A stretch of DNA of 64,000 nt. Source: Candidatus Hecatella orcuttiae. GTDB lineage: Archaea > Thermoproteota > Bathyarchaeia > Hecatellales > Hecatellaceae. The position numbers and the translations under genes were made by a program. Location: NCBI GenBank assembly GCA_002011035.2, contig MTLY02000001.1, positions 63,342 through 127,341 on the forward strand. The letters are read 5' to 3'. How positions within the stretch are numbered: position 1 is the first letter of the stretch; every line of letters begins with the position of its first letter. Shown piece after piece: positions 1 to 10,343 of this stretch. The notes beneath the pieces were generated by a model. It saw only the letters and a program-made list of their open reading frames with translations. It was not told the origin of the DNA and made no database searches.

Positions 1-209
1 GGAACAGAGGCTTGCTTCTCCCTCAGGTTCCCGTGGAGTGGGGCTGGGATGTGGAAGAGTTCCTGGCCCACGGCTGCCTAAAGGCTGGGCTTCCCCCGGA
101 TGCGTGGCTTCTATCCGGAACGAAAATCTACAAGTTTCAAGCCATCATCTTTGAAGAGGAGGAGCCGGGGGGAAAGGTTAGAAGGCGAACTCAGCCTAGC
201 GATGGGTGA
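1..209 (+). CDS. C-terminal fragment of an unidentified protein (gene starts upstream of the window)
   Basis: Frame 3 is open from the window edge to TGA at 207-209; track ORF 12..209 is its tail. No family recognised. Confidence 0.25.
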   Translation, partial: NRGLLLPQVPVEWGWDVEEFLAHGCLKAGLPPDAWLLSGTKIYKFQAIIFEEEEPGGKVRRRTQPSDG

Positions 210-226
210 AGGAAGTTCTCCGGAGA

Positions 227-1423
227 CTATCTGCGGGCGGCTTCGATGAGCCTGACGGCTTCCCTGACACCGTTGAACTTGCTTGCGTATTTTCTCAGCT
301 TCATGATGTTCTTTTTATAGTAACTGTAATTGTTCACTATTTTTTCCACAGCAGCCTTCAATTTAGTTGAGGTAACTTTCCCCTTGATGCGGATGGAGCA
401 GCCCATCTCCTGCATTTTCTTCGCATTCGCATCCTGCTCTACCTGGGTAGGTATGCATATGCTGGGTTTTCCGTACTTTATCACCTCAAAACATGTGTCA
501 TGGCCTCCGCTGAACAAGACCAGAAGCGCCCTCTCCATCCACTTCCCTCTTTCTTCCACCCAGCCTTTCACCAAGCAGTTTCCGACTTTCCTTTCAAAAC
601 TGCTTCCCGGCTCCCCTAGGCTTACCCTACTTTCGCAACTCATTCCGGAGAGAATGGGTATGATGGAGTCGGCTAGTTTGACCCTTGTACCCATGGGTCC
701 GCTTATCGACGCGTAGATGAATTCTCCAGAATCGGCCAAGGGCTCCAAGCTCATGTCGGAGAAACTGCCCACGTAGTGCACGTTATCAAACCGTTTTAGA
801 TTGCCTAGATTATACTGGCAGACAGTATAAGGCGGTGGGAGGTCTGGAATGACAATGCTGCTACTATTCGACATGTAGTTATCCGCAAGCCTTTGAACGG
901 GAAACGCCAAAAAATTGGCTAGGAAATGGTTCGGCTGGGTTATGTTTGTAATGAACACACATGGCATGCCTCTCCTCAAAGCCGCCCTTATAGTCGCCAA
1001 GTCCCCGTCTGACACGTAGAGGTCAGGCTTAACTTTGGGAATCTCATCCCTCAAAATATAATAATGACGTAAAAATTCTCCAAGCGCGCTAGGCTTCTTC
1101 CGGACTCCCCCCCCACTAGAGTCGAAATAAGGCAAAGGCAGAAAAACGTTTAAAAAAGAGGGCAGAACCTTCACGCCGCCAGCATCCTCATACCAAGAAA
1201 CCCCGGGAGCAAAGTAAACCTCTTCGAAATTTTTCCTCAGTAATTCGTAAGCGTAACCGCCGGCGAGAAAATACACTTCATGGCCTCTCTTCTCCAGTTC
1301 TTTTCCAATTTTAACTGTCCTAAACGCATGCCCTGTGCCGATGTTGCAGGAAGTGTAAAGTATCCTCATGGGTTTCCCGGTTTCTTGGCTGCTAATACGA
1401 TTAGTGATTGATCCGTATAACAT
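227..1423 (-). CDS. GT-B fold glycosyltransferase (GT1/GT28, MurG/MGT-like)
   Basis: 398-aa ORF. N-terminal MRILYTSCNIGTGHAFR loop and C-terminal FSGGHDTCFE..GKPSICIPTQVEQDANA resemble UDP-sugar GT-B transferases. Likely true start is Met19 (nt 1369). Confidence 0.7.
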   Translation of the reverse strand: MLYGSITNRISSQETGKPMRILYTSCNIGTGHAFRTVKIGKELEKRGHEVYFLAGGYAYELLRKNFEEVYFAPGVSWYEDAGGVKVLPSFLNVFLPLPYFDSSGGGVRKKPSALGEFLRHYYILRDEIPKVKPDLYVSDGDLATIRAALRRGMPCVFITNITQPNHFLANFLAFPVQRLADNYMSNSSSIVIPDLPPPYTVCQYNLGNLKRFDNVHYVGSFSDMSLEPLADSGEFIYASISGPMGTRVKLADSIIPILSGMSCESRVSLGEPGSSFERKVGNCLVKGWVEERGKWMERALLVLFSGGHDTCFEVIKYGKPSICIPTQVEQDANAKKMQEMGCSIRIKGKVTSTKLKAAVEKIVNNYSYYKKNIMKLRKYASKFNGVREAVRLIEAARR

Positions 1424-1442
1424 TCAAAACCTTTTAATACTT

Positions 1443-2636
1443 TTAAGCCTGAGCCTCCGCTTCACCCCTTCTAATTCCTTCGAAGGTAAGCGGGCATCGT
1501 GGAAAGACGGATTGGCTATTTTTTATCTTCGCTGCAAACACCGTTGCTGCTCCTCCTGTGACGAGTGCTAGGAATAGGAAGGCCGCCTCAAAGCTGGCTA
1601 CGTCCAGCAGATACCCCATGATTGTGGTGAGCAAAATTCGCCCTAAAAACCCGAGGAATAAAACTATTCCTAAAGTTGTGCCGCTGTGGATGGAAACGTC
1701 TATGGTTAGCTTGTTGGCTGAGGCGAAGGTGAAAGCGCTGAACCAAGCTATTAAAATCGAAAGGGTGAGCATTAGGTAAAATTGGTGGGATAAAGATAAG
1801 CCCCCCAAAGAAAGAGTGCAAACCATGAGGGACAACAGGATCAAAAGTCTGCAGCTTAAACGCTGAGCTGCGTAACCCCCTGATATTCTTGAAAAGGCAT
1901 TCACCAACACAACTATCGATCCGAACATGATGCTGGAGATTAGGGTCTTCTCCAAAATGAAATAGCTGGTTATCCATGTTCCTATGGCTAGTTCTAGCCC
2001 CAGCGAAGAAAATTGAACTGTTCCCAGCGATAAAATCCTAGGGTCTCCGGCTATCTTTAGATCCTTCATCGACAAAGCGGGACATCCGACAGTCTGAGGC
2101 GTTTCCCTCTGTGCGATTAAAAAACCTAAAGCTGGAGACAATGAGAGTAAGGGAAAAAGATTGACTATCTTCCAGTCCACGGCTAAGGTTATCGGAGACA
2201 CGACGAAGGCGGCGACGGTGCCGAAGCCGAAGAAGCCGCCGTACAGCCCTTGATTCTTGGCTTTTTCACCCTTTTCAGACCACACGGCGATGTAGTTGGC
2301 GGCGGCTACGAAATTAGAGCCAAGCACGGCTCCTAAAACAATTCTCAGCAGGAGGATATGCAAAAATTCCGTTGCGAAAAAAAGAGCGACTAAGATGGGG
2401 ATGCTCAAAGTTAAAGTAAGCTTCAGAGTCTTATTTGCACCCAGTTTATCCGACATGAAGCCGCTGGGAATTAAGGCTACTAGGCCGCCTAACATCAGCA
2501 GGGACATCAACAGGCTGATTTCGGTGAAAGAGACGTTGAAAACTCTGACAAGCTCAGGCAAAATCGGAGCTATGCTAAAGATAGCCAGCCCGGCGGAGAA
2601 GTTGGATAAGCATGCGACGAGTAAATGCTTATTCAT
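1443..2636 (-). CDS. MFS-type transporter
   Basis: 397-aa ORF that is almost entirely hydrophobic, with about 12 helices in two halves. Substrate unknown. Confidence 0.7.
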   Translation of the reverse strand: MNKHLLVACLSNFSAGLAIFSIAPILPELVRVFNVSFTEISLLMSLLMLGGLVALIPSGFMSDKLGANKTLKLTLTLSIPILVALFFATEFLHILLLRIVLGAVLGSNFVAAANYIAVWSEKGEKAKNQGLYGGFFGFGTVAAFVVSPITLAVDWKIVNLFPLLSLSPALGFLIAQRETPQTVGCPALSMKDLKIAGDPRILSLGTVQFSSLGLELAIGTWITSYFILEKTLISSIMFGSIVVLVNAFSRISGGYAAQRLSCRLLILLSLMVCTLSLGGLSLSHQFYLMLTLSILIAWFSAFTFASANKLTIDVSIHSGTTLGIVLFLGFLGRILLTTIMGYLLDVASFEAAFLFLALVTGGAATVFAAKIKNSQSVFPRCPLTFEGIRRGEAEAQA

Positions 2637-2848
2637 CGGAGTTCTCAGCCTCTCTCCTTCCGATAAATTCGCAGGATCGACAAACCGTCAAGTAACTCAT
2701 GGTTATTCACATTTTCCCAAACATATTTAATTCCTCTCATTTTCCTCCTTGCCTGTTAGGTTGGCATCGCCCTCCACTGCCGAGGGTTAATATTAGGTTT
2801 ATATAGACGTTCGCAAAACCCCCTCTCAAAGCGAAAAAGGTTGACGGT

Positions 2849-3223
2849 TTGGCTGAAAGGTATTTAAAGGCAGTTCAGAAAGTCCTCAACAAAGGCTCCG
2901 TTTACCTCAGACTCCACGGCTCCATATACAAGATAAGAAGCCTTGAAATCAAAGGCTCCGACGCCAAATTCGACTGCCGAAGCCTGCATAATGGGGAAAA
3001 TTACGAGATCAGCTTTAAAATTGAAAAGAAACTCATGACCGACCTCATCGGCTTCGGCCTCAGAGACAAGCCCAACAGTGTGTTCGTGATTTCCGAGGAT
3101 GCTGATAAGCCTATATGGTTTGAGACTTCGCTTCAAGAACTGATTGAGGAAGTGGAAAAACGAGCTCTGCGAAAAGACCTTCTAAAAGAATTAAGCACAT
3201 ACGCGGACATAGAAGAAACCTAA
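2849..3223 (+). CDS. hypothetical protein
   Basis: 124-aa ORF preceded by a TATA-like AGGTTTATATAG at 2794-2805. No recognisable domain. Confidence 0.4.
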   Translation: MAERYLKAVQKVLNKGSVYLRLHGSIYKIRSLEIKGSDAKFDCRSLHNGENYEISFKIEKKLMTDLIGFGLRDKPNSVFVISEDADKPIWFETSLQELIEEVEKRALRKDLLKELSTYADIEET

Positions 3224-3299
3224 CAGCCAATTTCCCGGGAGCCTGACACAGGCTTATCTTCCGGCAAATATCTCTTCGGGAAATCGTCCTCCCCGATTA

Positions 3300-3755
3300 T
3301 TACTCAAACCACCTAGGCAATCTGCCAAGCCAAAGGAAGACAGCTACTAAGACCAGCATGAGAAAGACTGCCATAACGGCGATGATTGAAAATTGGGCGC
3401 TTTGGACATCGCCCCCAGAGCCGAAGCCGAAAATGAGGGGAAAAGGCCAGATGAAAAAGAAACCTGAGCCCTCCGAGGGAACACCGCCTAGGACAACGGC
3501 CAAGAAGACTAAGGTCATGCCTGCAAAGATCGCCATAAAACCCAAAGTTAAGAGATAGGGCAAAAGCCCTAAGCTAGGAGGACTTCCTGAGCTGTAGGTT
3601 TCCGCCGTCTCCTCCCTTTCTGAGGAGGTAGGTCTGCATCCAAGGCAAGTCCAGTTCCAAGGGTTCACACACCGCTCGCAAACTTTTCGGCCGCATTCTT
3701 GGCAGACATAGCGGGCTCGACGGCGGAAGCAGACCTCGCAGTTTAGGGAGGTCAT
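3300..3755 (-). CDS. Cys-rich zinc-ribbon fused to a DUF131-like membrane domain
   Basis: Four CxxC pairs in the first 40 aa (CEVC, CQEC, CERC, CLGC). The hydrophobic C-terminal half carries WPFPLIFGFGSG, paralogous to GPFPIVFGSD in the adjacent 85-aa protein. Confidence 0.5.
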   Translation of the reverse strand: MTSLNCEVCFRRRARYVCQECGRKVCERCVNPWNWTCLGCRPTSSEREETAETYSSGSPPSLGLLPYLLTLGFMAIFAGMTLVFLAVVLGGVPSEGSGFFFIWPFPLIFGFGSGGDVQSAQFSIIAVMAVFLMLVLVAVFLWLGRLPRWFE

Positions 3756-3763
3756 CCAGCCGC

Positions 3764-4021
3764 TCAGCCTCCTCTGAGCAGAACTGGCATCACCGTGAAA
3801 ACCAGCGCAACCAGCATGAGGATTAGGGTGAGGTATATCAGCGTTTTCACCGTCTTAGTGTCGGAGCCGAAGACTATGGGGAAAGGTCCCAGCAGCACAA
3901 CGCCCCCCGTGGTTTTAGGTCGAGTCTTACCTAAGCCCAAGCCGGAGAGCAAAACGGCTAGAAAGACTAGGAGAAAGCCGACTGTGATCAGCAGAAAACC
4001 CAAGAACGCTAGGTCCGTCAT
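3764..4021 (-). CDS. small membrane protein, DUF131/TIGR00304-like
   Basis: 85-aa ORF with two to three hydrophobic helices and a GPFPIVFGSD motif. Located directly downstream of cdc48 on the same strand. Confidence 0.5.
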   Translation of the reverse strand: MTDLAFLGFLLITVGFLLVFLAVLLSGLGLGKTRPKTTGGVVLLGPFPIVFGSDTKTVKTLIYLTLILMLVALVFTVMPVLLRGG

Positions 4022-4113
4022 AGGCTTGTCGAATAGGAGGCACTCGGATTCGACTTATAACTCTTGCTGGATAGGCAGCTTCACGAGGTCTGCTTGGGGC
4101 TTTAACGTTTCTC

Positions 4114-6261
<2,148 letters not shown>

Positions 6262-6325
6262 TCACCTCCTTTACATAAGGGTTAGTAACTTTCTATTTTG
6301 GAAAGCTATATAGTTAATAGTTCGG

Positions 6326-6378
6326 GAGGTATATAAACTTTACTCTTAATATAGCTTCTTACCAAAAAGGTAAGTAAA
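6326..6378 (-). promoter_or_regulatory. 53-nt promoter/operator module, copy 1 (upstream of cdc48)
   Basis: Read on the minus strand it contains the palindrome CTTAC-N7-GTAAG (6358-6374) followed by AAAGTTTATATACC (BRE/TATA-like). It is 41/53 identical, ungapped, to copy 2 at 6810-6862. Confidence 0.55.
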
Positions 6379-6381
6379 AAT

Positions 6382-6777
6382 TTACCCGAATTCCAGCGTA
6401 AAATCCTTCATCCTGTCAATCTTCTTCAGAATAGCCGCCATTTCCCTCAGCTGGGCCAAAATTATCTTCCCTAAGGGCGATAGTTGGTAGCCTTCCGGCT
6501 CCCGGGCAATAGCCTCCGCCTTCAGCAAGTCATCTAAACACTGAGCTATGGTCTTCTGGCTGTAGCCTAGAGCCTGATGAAGCTCGGTGAAGGTTAAAGA
6601 CGGTTTCTCAGCTAGAAGCCGCATAACCCGGTAGCGGCTCTCGTTGGAGATGACCCTGAAAAGCTCGATCACGGGGTCGAGGTCTTTAGTAGCCACTAGT
6701 TTTACGTCGATTTCCTCGTCTATGATAACTTGCCCGTCTTTGGTGCTGAGTTTAAGCCGGCGGACTTTTATCCCCAT
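6382..6777 (-). CDS. winged-helix transcription regulator (ArsR/TrmB-like)
   Basis: 131 aa. The segment ISNESRYRVMRLLAEKPSLTFTELHQALGYSQKTIAQCLDDLLKAEAI is a typical wHTH. Confidence 0.7.
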   Translation of the reverse strand: MGIKVRRLKLSTKDGQVIIDEEIDVKLVATKDLDPVIELFRVISNESRYRVMRLLAEKPSLTFTELHQALGYSQKTIAQCLDDLLKAEAIAREPEGYQLSPLGKIILAQLREMAAILKKIDRMKDFTLEFG

Positions 6778-6809
6778 TGCTTGTCATCTCTGTTATTAAT
6801 AAATAGAGT

Positions 6810-6862
6810 GAGGCATATAAACTTTACTTAAAAGAAAGTAGCTTACCTTAAAAGTAAGTAAA
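6810..6862 (-). promoter_or_regulatory. 53-nt promoter/operator module, copy 2 (upstream of the wHTH regulator gene)
   Basis: Same architecture as copy 1: CTTAC-N7-GTAAG at 6842-6858, then AAAGTTTATATGCC about 37 nt upstream of the regulator ATG. Confidence 0.6.
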
Positions 6863-6879
6863 CAACCCTCGGCATGGAG

Positions 6880-7896
6880 TTAAAACTCACGCCGAACCAA
6901 AAGACCGGTCAAGGCGGCTAAATCCGCCCTAGCCTTAGTAGGCGGGAATCCCTCCAGCTCATCTAACGCCTCTCGGACGAGTTCTTCCGCTTTCCGTTGC
7001 GCATAGCTTGTAGAACCCAAGGACACGATTAACTCCCGAGCCTTAAGCAAGTCGGCTTCCGCCGGAGTCCCTTGCATCACTTGGAGGAAGAGAGCCCTCT
7101 GCTCCAGTTGAGCATGGTGAAGAGCGTGGATAATGGGCAGAGTCTTCTTCCCTTCCCTGAGATCGCTGCCCACAGGTTTACCCAGCTTCTCCTCTGAAGC
7201 CGTCAAGCCGAGGACGTCATCAACAATCTGGAAGGCTAAGCCTGCCAGCCGCGCGAAGCTTCCCAGCCTTTCGACTTGACTCTGAGAACCTCCGCCCACG
7301 ATGGCTCCAGCTTGGGCGGCTGTCTTGAAGAGGTAGGCAGTTTTCTTTTCCACCATCATAAAATACTGTTCCTCCGTGACTTCCTCCACCTTAGGGTAGG
7401 TCATGTCTAGCATCTGACCCTCACACAGCTGGATGGCAGCTTCAGTGAGAAGGGCGAAAACCTTAAGGGCCCGGCTTTCGGGAATTCCCCCCTTCCCAGC
7501 TTTTTCCAAGACCGCCTCGTAGACTTTGGCGAAAAGGAGGTCGCCGGCAATGATCCCCACCGGTTCCCCCCACCGTGCATGGACGGAAGCGACTCCCCGC
7601 CTTACAGGGTCTCTGTCAATGATGTCGTCGTGGATGAGGGTGAAAGTGTGCAGAAGCTCCACAGCCGCAGCGACGGGAAGTGCATTCTCCGCGTTTCCCC
7701 CAACTAGTTCACAGGTTTTAACCGCCAAGTAGGGTCGGAGCATTTTCCCTCCCGCGGATGGAAGATGTCGGGCTGCTTGGTAAAGGAGTTGGAGTTCCGG
7801 TTTTTCAACTGTCAACATTTCAGCTATGATCTTTCCTACCTTTCGGGAGACTTCTCCCAGGTCATCCGGCCAAGGGAGGCTTGAATTTGAAGCCAA
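6880..7896 (-). CDS. idsA: geranylgeranyl diphosphate (short-chain trans-prenyl) synthase
   Basis: 338 aa. Carries both Asp-rich motifs, LIHDDIIDRD and QIVDDVLG. TTG start. Confidence 0.9.
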   Translation of the reverse strand: MASNSSLPWPDDLGEVSRKVGKIIAEMLTVEKPELQLLYQAARHLPSAGGKMLRPYLAVKTCELVGGNAENALPVAAAVELLHTFTLIHDDIIDRDPVRRGVASVHARWGEPVGIIAGDLLFAKVYEAVLEKAGKGGIPESRALKVFALLTEAAIQLCEGQMLDMTYPKVEEVTEEQYFMMVEKKTAYLFKTAAQAGAIVGGGSQSQVERLGSFARLAGLAFQIVDDVLGLTASEEKLGKPVGSDLREGKKTLPIIHALHHAQLEQRALFLQVMQGTPAEADLLKARELIVSLGSTSYAQRKAEELVREALDELEGFPPTKARADLAALTGLLVRREF

Positions 7897-7934
7897 ACTG
7901 CATCCGGCCTCTTATTGCCTTGAAAACTAAATTC

Positions 7935-8987
7935 TTAGATAACTCCAGTATTTTTAGCTAATCTATGAGCAGCGTCTTTACTTAAACCCTTTTCTCCTAG
8001 GATGGTGTACCTTTGGGGTCTTATTTTATGAGCCATAGCCAATGCCTCCACCACATCCTGAGGGGAAACATGAAGCTCCTCCGCTGTGGTAGGCGCTCCT
8101 ACTTTTCGGAGGACATCCCTAACCATCTTCCACTTCAACTTGTGAAGATACGCCATCATGATGGTTCCCACCCCGCAGCGTTCACCGTGAAGAGCCCGGT
8201 CGGGAGCTATCATGTTTAAGGCGTGACTGAAGAGATGCTCGGAACCGCTGCAAGGCCTAGAGCTGCCTGCAATGCTCATGGCTACTCCGCAGCTGATGAG
8301 AGCCTCCACCACGATGCGCACTCCCTGTTGCGAGTTTTCGTGAATCAGGTCAGCGTTCTTGGACACCAAGCGGGCACTCATCAAAGCTAGGTTGGCAGCG
8401 TAGTCCCCATAATACTCGTTTTGAAGCTGGTGGGAAAGCCACCAGTCCTTGACCGCTGTATATTTCGCCATGATGTCCCCACATCCGCTGGCTGTGAGCC
8501 GGTAGGGAGAGCCGGCGATCACGGAGATGTCGGCTATGATGGCCATGGGCGCTTGGGCGCCGACGGAAAGAGGCTTCTCCAGTCCTTTAAGGGAGGCTTG
8601 GGGGCTGGCTATGCCGTCGTGGGAGGCAGCGGTAGGTATGCTGATGAACTGCACCTGGCTTTTCGCGGAGCTGAGCTTGGTGACGTCGATGATTTTTCCT
8701 CCCCCCACACCTAAAACCACTTGGGGTTTAGACTCTTTGATCTTCCTCTCAGCGGCTTCAACCCAGTGAACGGTAGGCTCAGGGACAATGAGTTCTTCCA
8801 CATCGAAACCCGCATCGGACAAGGAGTCAAGCACAGCCTCCGCCGCGGTGCTACGGGTTCGAGGCCCAGATATTACTAATCCCTTTTCGGAGAAGCCTAA
8901 GCTTCTGCAGGCTTCCCCCACCAAGCGGAGTAGGTTGTTTCCGACGATGACTCTCCTCGGCAGCTCCATGGAGTGAACAGGTTGCAC
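7935..8987 (-). CDS. egsA: sn-glycerol-1-phosphate dehydrogenase
   Basis: 350 aa. Has the GVGGGKIIDVTK nucleotide loop and the SGSEHLFSHAL metal site of the archaeal G1PDH/DHQS-like family. Lipid-gene context supports the call. Confidence 0.85.
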   Translation of the reverse strand: MQPVHSMELPRRVIVGNNLLRLVGEACRSLGFSEKGLVISGPRTRSTAAEAVLDSLSDAGFDVEELIVPEPTVHWVEAAERKIKESKPQVVLGVGGGKIIDVTKLSSAKSQVQFISIPTAASHDGIASPQASLKGLEKPLSVGAQAPMAIIADISVIAGSPYRLTASGCGDIMAKYTAVKDWWLSHQLQNEYYGDYAANLALMSARLVSKNADLIHENSQQGVRIVVEALISCGVAMSIAGSSRPCSGSEHLFSHALNMIAPDRALHGERCGVGTIMMAYLHKLKWKMVRDVLRKVGAPTTAEELHVSPQDVVEALAMAHKIRPQRYTILGEKGLSKDAAHRLAKNTGVI

Positions 8988-9021
8988 GGTGTTTTATCCC
9001 CTGAACCTTTGATTCAAATCT

Positions 9022-10200
9022 TTATCCGCTCAGTAAGGCTTCTCCAAGGCGGGCTGCGAACTCGGGATGGCTCTGCAGTTTCTTTCCAACCTTTTCGATG
9101 TTGAAGCCGCTGGCTAAGTTCACAATATCTTCTCCAGTCAAGATTTCAGCCAGCTGGTTTAACTCCGAGTCCCCCAGCTTCTCTATCAGTTTGAGGGAAA
9201 GGAGGCTGTTGGCTATGCGCCTACTCCAGTAGGCGTATCGGCGGGGGTATTCTTCCAGGTCCACGTCTCCCTGAACAGCCGCCCGCCCGGCTACCTCCCC
9301 CGCTATTTTTCCAGCCACGATGGAGGTGTGAATTCCCCCGCCAGTCAGGGGGATAACTTGCCCTGCAGCATCCCCGCAGAGGAGCACACCTTCCCCGTGG
9401 ACCACCCGGCCGATCTGTCCTCCCACTGGAACAGGGGCTGCTTGAATTTCCACAACTCTCGCCTTCTCAAACTTGGCGGGATGAGCTGCTATAAATTTGT
9501 CTAGGTAAGGTTTTGCAGGGGCTCCCCGGACTCCGATGCCCACGTTGGCCGAGCTCTCGCTTTTTGGAAAAATCCAAGCATAACCCAAGGGAGCGACTTC
9601 ATGGCCTACGTAGGTCTCCAAGACATGGGGGTCGTCTAAGCGGCAGTTAACCATCTTATATTGGACGCAGGGAATAACCTCGTATCCTTCTCTGCTGAAA
9701 AATTTCTTCGCCACCAAAGAAGTGACGCCGTCACATCCGACCAGCATCTTACACTTTATCTCTCCGGTTTCGCCGAGCCGCTTCACCTTCAAGCGGAAAA
9801 GCCCCTGATTTTTTTCGACGTCTAAAACCGTCGCCCCCACTAGGATTTCAGCTCCCTGCTGAACTGCTTGGCATGCCAGTTCTTGGAGGAAGAGCTTCTT
9901 CTCCAAAAGGAAGCCTTCGCTGAAGCCCAGCTCCTCGGAGTAAATTTCAACCTTTTTCTCTTCGTTGGGAGCGTAGACCATGATGCCTTTCACTCTGTTG
10001 CAGATGAAACGGGGTGAGGGGTCTATCTCGGCGTCTGCTAACGTAGAGCCTGAAACAGCTTCCCCGCAGACCTTTGCCCCTAGGCTCCGCTCCTTCTCTA
10101 GGAGGAGAACTTCAGCTCCTGTTTGAGCTGCTTTCCGCGCAGCCATCAGCCCAGCCGGACCTGCGCCTACCACCGCCACGTCGAAGGTTTCTTGGCTCAA
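9022..10200 (-). CDS. geranylgeranyl reductase (digeranylgeranylglycerophospholipid reductase family)
   Basis: 392 aa. FAD loop DVAVVGAGPAGL and a later LLCGDAAGQVIPLTGGGI motif. Confidence 0.9.
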   Translation of the reverse strand: MSQETFDVAVVGAGPAGLMAARKAAQTGAEVLLLEKERSLGAKVCGEAVSGSTLADAEIDPSPRFICNRVKGIMVYAPNEEKKVEIYSEELGFSEGFLLEKKLFLQELACQAVQQGAEILVGATVLDVEKNQGLFRLKVKRLGETGEIKCKMLVGCDGVTSLVAKKFFSREGYEVIPCVQYKMVNCRLDDPHVLETYVGHEVAPLGYAWIFPKSESSANVGIGVRGAPAKPYLDKFIAAHPAKFEKARVVEIQAAPVPVGGQIGRVVHGEGVLLCGDAAGQVIPLTGGGIHTSIVAGKIAGEVAGRAAVQGDVDLEEYPRRYAYWSRRIANSLLSLKLIEKLGDSELNQLAEILTGEDIVNLASGFNIEKVGKKLQSHPEFAARLGEALLSG

Positions 10201-10343
10201 AGAGACACCTGCTCAATAAAGTTATTTTTTAAGCAAAGCCAGATAAATACCTACTGTATGCCGGTTGGAATAGCCTACCTTGGCCGCTTTTTAAGTAAAG
10301 GTTTATTATAGGTTGGTTTGCATATAATGTTTTAACATCGCAT

